Under the pieces are notes generated by a model, which had not been told where the DNA came from, did no database searches, and was given only the letters and a program-made list of their open reading frames with translations. Shown here one piece after another: positions 60,901-64,000 of a DNA stretch of 64,000 nt. This DNA comes from Amphiscolops sp. MND2022 (taxonomy: Eukaryota). Location of the stretch: the NCBI GenBank assembly GCA_964187785.1, contig OZ076409.1, positions 69,752,001-69,816,000 on the forward strand, written 5' to 3'. Each line of letters starts with the position of its first letter. The stretch's first letter is position 1. The position numbers were made by a program, and so were the translations under genes.

Positions 60901-62524
60901 TCAAGATATTGGTCATGCGGATGCAATGTCACGCTTACGGTTCCAAGACGATGAAGACGACTTAGTTGCGGTAGCAATGGCTACATTCGAGAAACTTGTG
61001 GTTGATGTCGACAAGTTACGGAAAAAGATGCAATCGAATGAATTCAAGAAACGGATGATGAACAGAATCCGAACTGGAAATTGGAAAATTGTACCAAGAT
61101 GGAGAAATCTTTCATGAATGTTTCAAATGCATTAACAGTACAAAATGACTTGATATACAATGGGTCGAGAGTTTTTATACCAATTACATGCCGAAAACAA
61201 GTGAATGAAAAATTTCACGACGTCCATCAAGGAATCAATGCTTTGAAAAACTTGGCGAAAAATAATACGTGGTGGCCGTTTATGGACAACAATATCGAAC
61301 AATTTGTCAAAAACTGTTCCGAATGCAGCAAAAACCGACCGAGACTGACTGATTCCACCGACAATTGGTAAGAATCCGCTCAATGGGAAAGACTGCATAT
61401 GGACTGGCTTTGTGAAGCAGAACACGGTAACATTCTGATCATTGCTGATGCTGGGTCCGGTTGGCTGGAAGCTTTCCCGTGCACGGACCGATCAACGCGG
61501 AACGTGGTCAGATGTCTCCGAACAATCTTTTCTCGGTTTGGAATACCATATACGGTTGTGTCCGATAACGGAAAGGAGTTTGTATCCAAAGACCTGAAAG
61601 ACTGGTTGGCAGCACAAGGATGCAAAAAGATTGACACACCTTTTTATTCACCGAGAGGCAATGGAATTGCCGAGAGAGCTGTTCAAACATTGAAAAGAAG
61701 CCTGAAATTTTACGATAAAGACATCGGTTGTTCACTGACTACTTACCGTGATAAAATTTTGTTCAGTCATCGAAATTCTTCAAATGCTAGAGGTGACACT
61801 CCTGCCAAAATACTACTTGGAAAAAACTTAAGAAACCCTGTTGTTGGTTTTTATGAAGTTGGTGAAAAAGTGCTGTACAAACCCACTTCAAACCATGAGC
61901 CGAAAGAATTGACTTACATTATACGGAAAGGACGAAACACGGCTTGGCTTCATGACAACAACCAAACAATTTTGGCTAGTGGCGGACAAATCACACCGCT
62001 ACCAACATCAAGCGTAGTGAATGTAGAACATCAACCAAACATTGGACATGAGGCTATTCAAGATCCAGTCACCCCGAAGACTAGTAACGCTGATAACTTG
62101 AGTCCGGTGCTTACCGAAGAACATACCGCAGTGACCAATGATAGACAGAAACGATTACGAACCCAAACCCAGAAGTATCAAGCAGGATTCGCATGAGGCA
62201 ATTAAAAAAGGGGATTCGGTGACGTCATCGTCACTTTCTGTTATTCGGTAAACATCTACCGTTCGTTACCGAAGAAGCTACTTCAATTTCATTGGTTCCG
62301 AGGTTCGGTTATATAACACCGAAGAATGGAAACTTTCAATATGCTTTACCGATGACCGGTGAAAGAACTCAAGTAAACTCTTACATAATAGACTTGTATA
62401 TTAACTGGTATCAACTATTATTTTGAATATTATTTAACTGTTTTGTACGGACCATAAAGAAATAAAACGAAAACCTGAATTGAACTGAGTTTAAAACAAA
62501 ATCTTTTCAAACCACTTTACGACA
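57960..62524 (+). mobile_element. Full-length Ty3/Gypsy element D (Mag-like), 310-bp LTRs 57960-58269 and 62215-62524
   Basis: LTRs differ at about 16 of 310 positions by eye; TSD CCATT/CTATT; PBS TGGTGTCCAGA at 58272; PPT AAAAAAGGGGA at 62204-62214. Confidence 0.93.
58390..62196 (+). pseudogene. Gypsy D gag-pol, frameshifted
   Basis: CPKCGTRHEPRSCPAFGKTCNNCKKPNHLAKVC knuckles, KDTGAS protease, YQDD RT, TTDAS RNase H, HDVHQG..CSEC, SDNG..AERAV integrase. Confidence 0.92.
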
Positions 62525-62567
62525 CTATTTGAAAGTTCTCATTTTTCATTTTTTTTTCGAAAATTAT

Positions 62568-63322
62568 TGTAACGTCCGGCTAGCGGCGCACATCTAGGAA
62601 GAGGGACAATGCCTAGGATGCTTAAACAGGAGACCGTTGTCTTACTACATACCTAGACACTAGTTTTTGATCCCAAAATGGTCTCCAAGGGGGACTTTTC
62701 TAACGTCTAAGGAGGCTCCTCTAGTTAGAGCTCCGAAGCGACGTGCCGGCACTCTCAAAGTCCGGACACGCCCCACAAGCCTGTAAAAACGTATCCTAAG
62801 GTTTCTAGCGCGTTCCTGCTATCTCCTACATACTTCCGAGGTCCAAAAAGGTGTCTAGCTGAAATACATTATATTGGTGAATAAGGACTAAAATGAGGCC
62901 CTAGTAGGTCAAACATTATCCAAATACGCTATAAACAGTCAAAGTAGGTGGGGATAGGCCCCAATAAAGTATACAGTTACAGTTCGGTGGCGATCATCGG
63001 CTTCCTGCCTCTGGCATCATTCCTCATCTTCGGGGCACAATGGTCTCATTTGGCACTTTTCTGCCAAAACCCTGTCTTTTTGCTGTCAGATGGCCGAATT
63101 CCTGATTCTCACGCCTTCTGGGTGATGACATCTCGGACATTCTCGTTCCTGGGTGGTGGGTTGGGTCTTTTTTGGGCGTGTTTTTTCTTTTTTTTTGCTT
63201 CCTCTACGGTTCTCGTACCTGCTGGGTCGGCCATCTTGAATGTGCTTGTTTGATGTCGCTTATTTCGAATTTTTGATCGAAATTTTCAAAAACTTCTGCA
63301 ACGCCGACTGCCGGACGTTACA
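62568..63322 (-). repeat. 3' LTR (755 bp) of element E, extending beyond the window
   Basis: Perfect 13-bp terminal inverted repeat TGTAACGTCCGGC/GCCGGACGTTACA; adjacent GGGGAGGA PPT on the minus strand at 63323-63330. Confidence 0.8.
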
Positions 63323-64000
63323 TCCTCCCCGGGCCGTAGTTTGTCGTCCTCGACAAACGAGAGAGGACGTTCACATCTTGGTTGCCACCATCCAGTGATC
63401 CAGTGATACTGTTGCAACATGGTACTTCAGGAATCTAAATGGAAGTCGTTGCCCAAAAACACGTTATTGCCCAAAAACATGAGTTTTTGCCAGCCTAGCA
63501 GGTTTCCTTGGATTCCACACCAACAACGGGTTCTTGCACTGGAAAAATATTAGCAACTTTAGACACTTAGCCTTATTTTCAAAACAAATTCAAACTTTTA
63601 ATTTCGCACCAAGATTTCAAAATTTCTAGCACCTTATTGCATCTGCATAATAAGCACTCATCACAATAGGTTTGGCACTGACCTGGGGTCCGCCTGATAG
63701 GTTAGGTTTTATAACATGCACGATAGCACTTGAAAAGCGAAAAATAAAAGTAACAGCTGTGGTCTTGCAAAGTTCATGGCCAACAGAAACTGCACAATAA
63801 CTAGCACTAATGGTGAAATAGGCCTCAAAAAATCAAAAATATCACAAAAAATGCGGAACTATTCAATCTATTGTGTCAGCAATGTACGCCCAGTTAAAGC
63901 TATTGTCTAGGTAGTACAAGCACCAGTGTATATGCAAGAGATGGAAACAAACTACTTCTCAAGAGGGGACAATGTCACTAACGATGATAGAGCAGAACCA

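Overview
Eukaryotic, AT-rich (probably invertebrate animal) repeat-dense DNA. I can support no intact host gene. The window is a nest of retroelements: a decayed Ty1/Copia element split by later insertions, Ty3/Gypsy elements A, B, C, D and a truncated F, a further 3' LTR (E), a multi-copy DINE-1/Helentron-like non-autonomous element, MITEs, tRNA-derived SINE remnants and a FLYWCH (MULE-like) pseudogene. The most unusual object is Gypsy A (7987-25224, minus strand, TSD ACAGT). Its LTRs are about 1.9 kb and carry the first ~190 codons of gag, which appears to read through the PBS. Between pol and the 3' LTR lies a ~6 kb accessory region holding an antisense, intron-containing BED-finger (possibly hAT-derived) gene and a divergent 274-aa ORF that runs into the LTR. 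The only polypurine tract sits right after pol, 6.2 kb from the TSD-defined LTR edge. Elements A and B both show the same rearrangement: solo LTR with TSD, then a copy of the 3' flank, then the internal region, the 3' LTR and the same flank. All calls were made by eye; no database searches were run.
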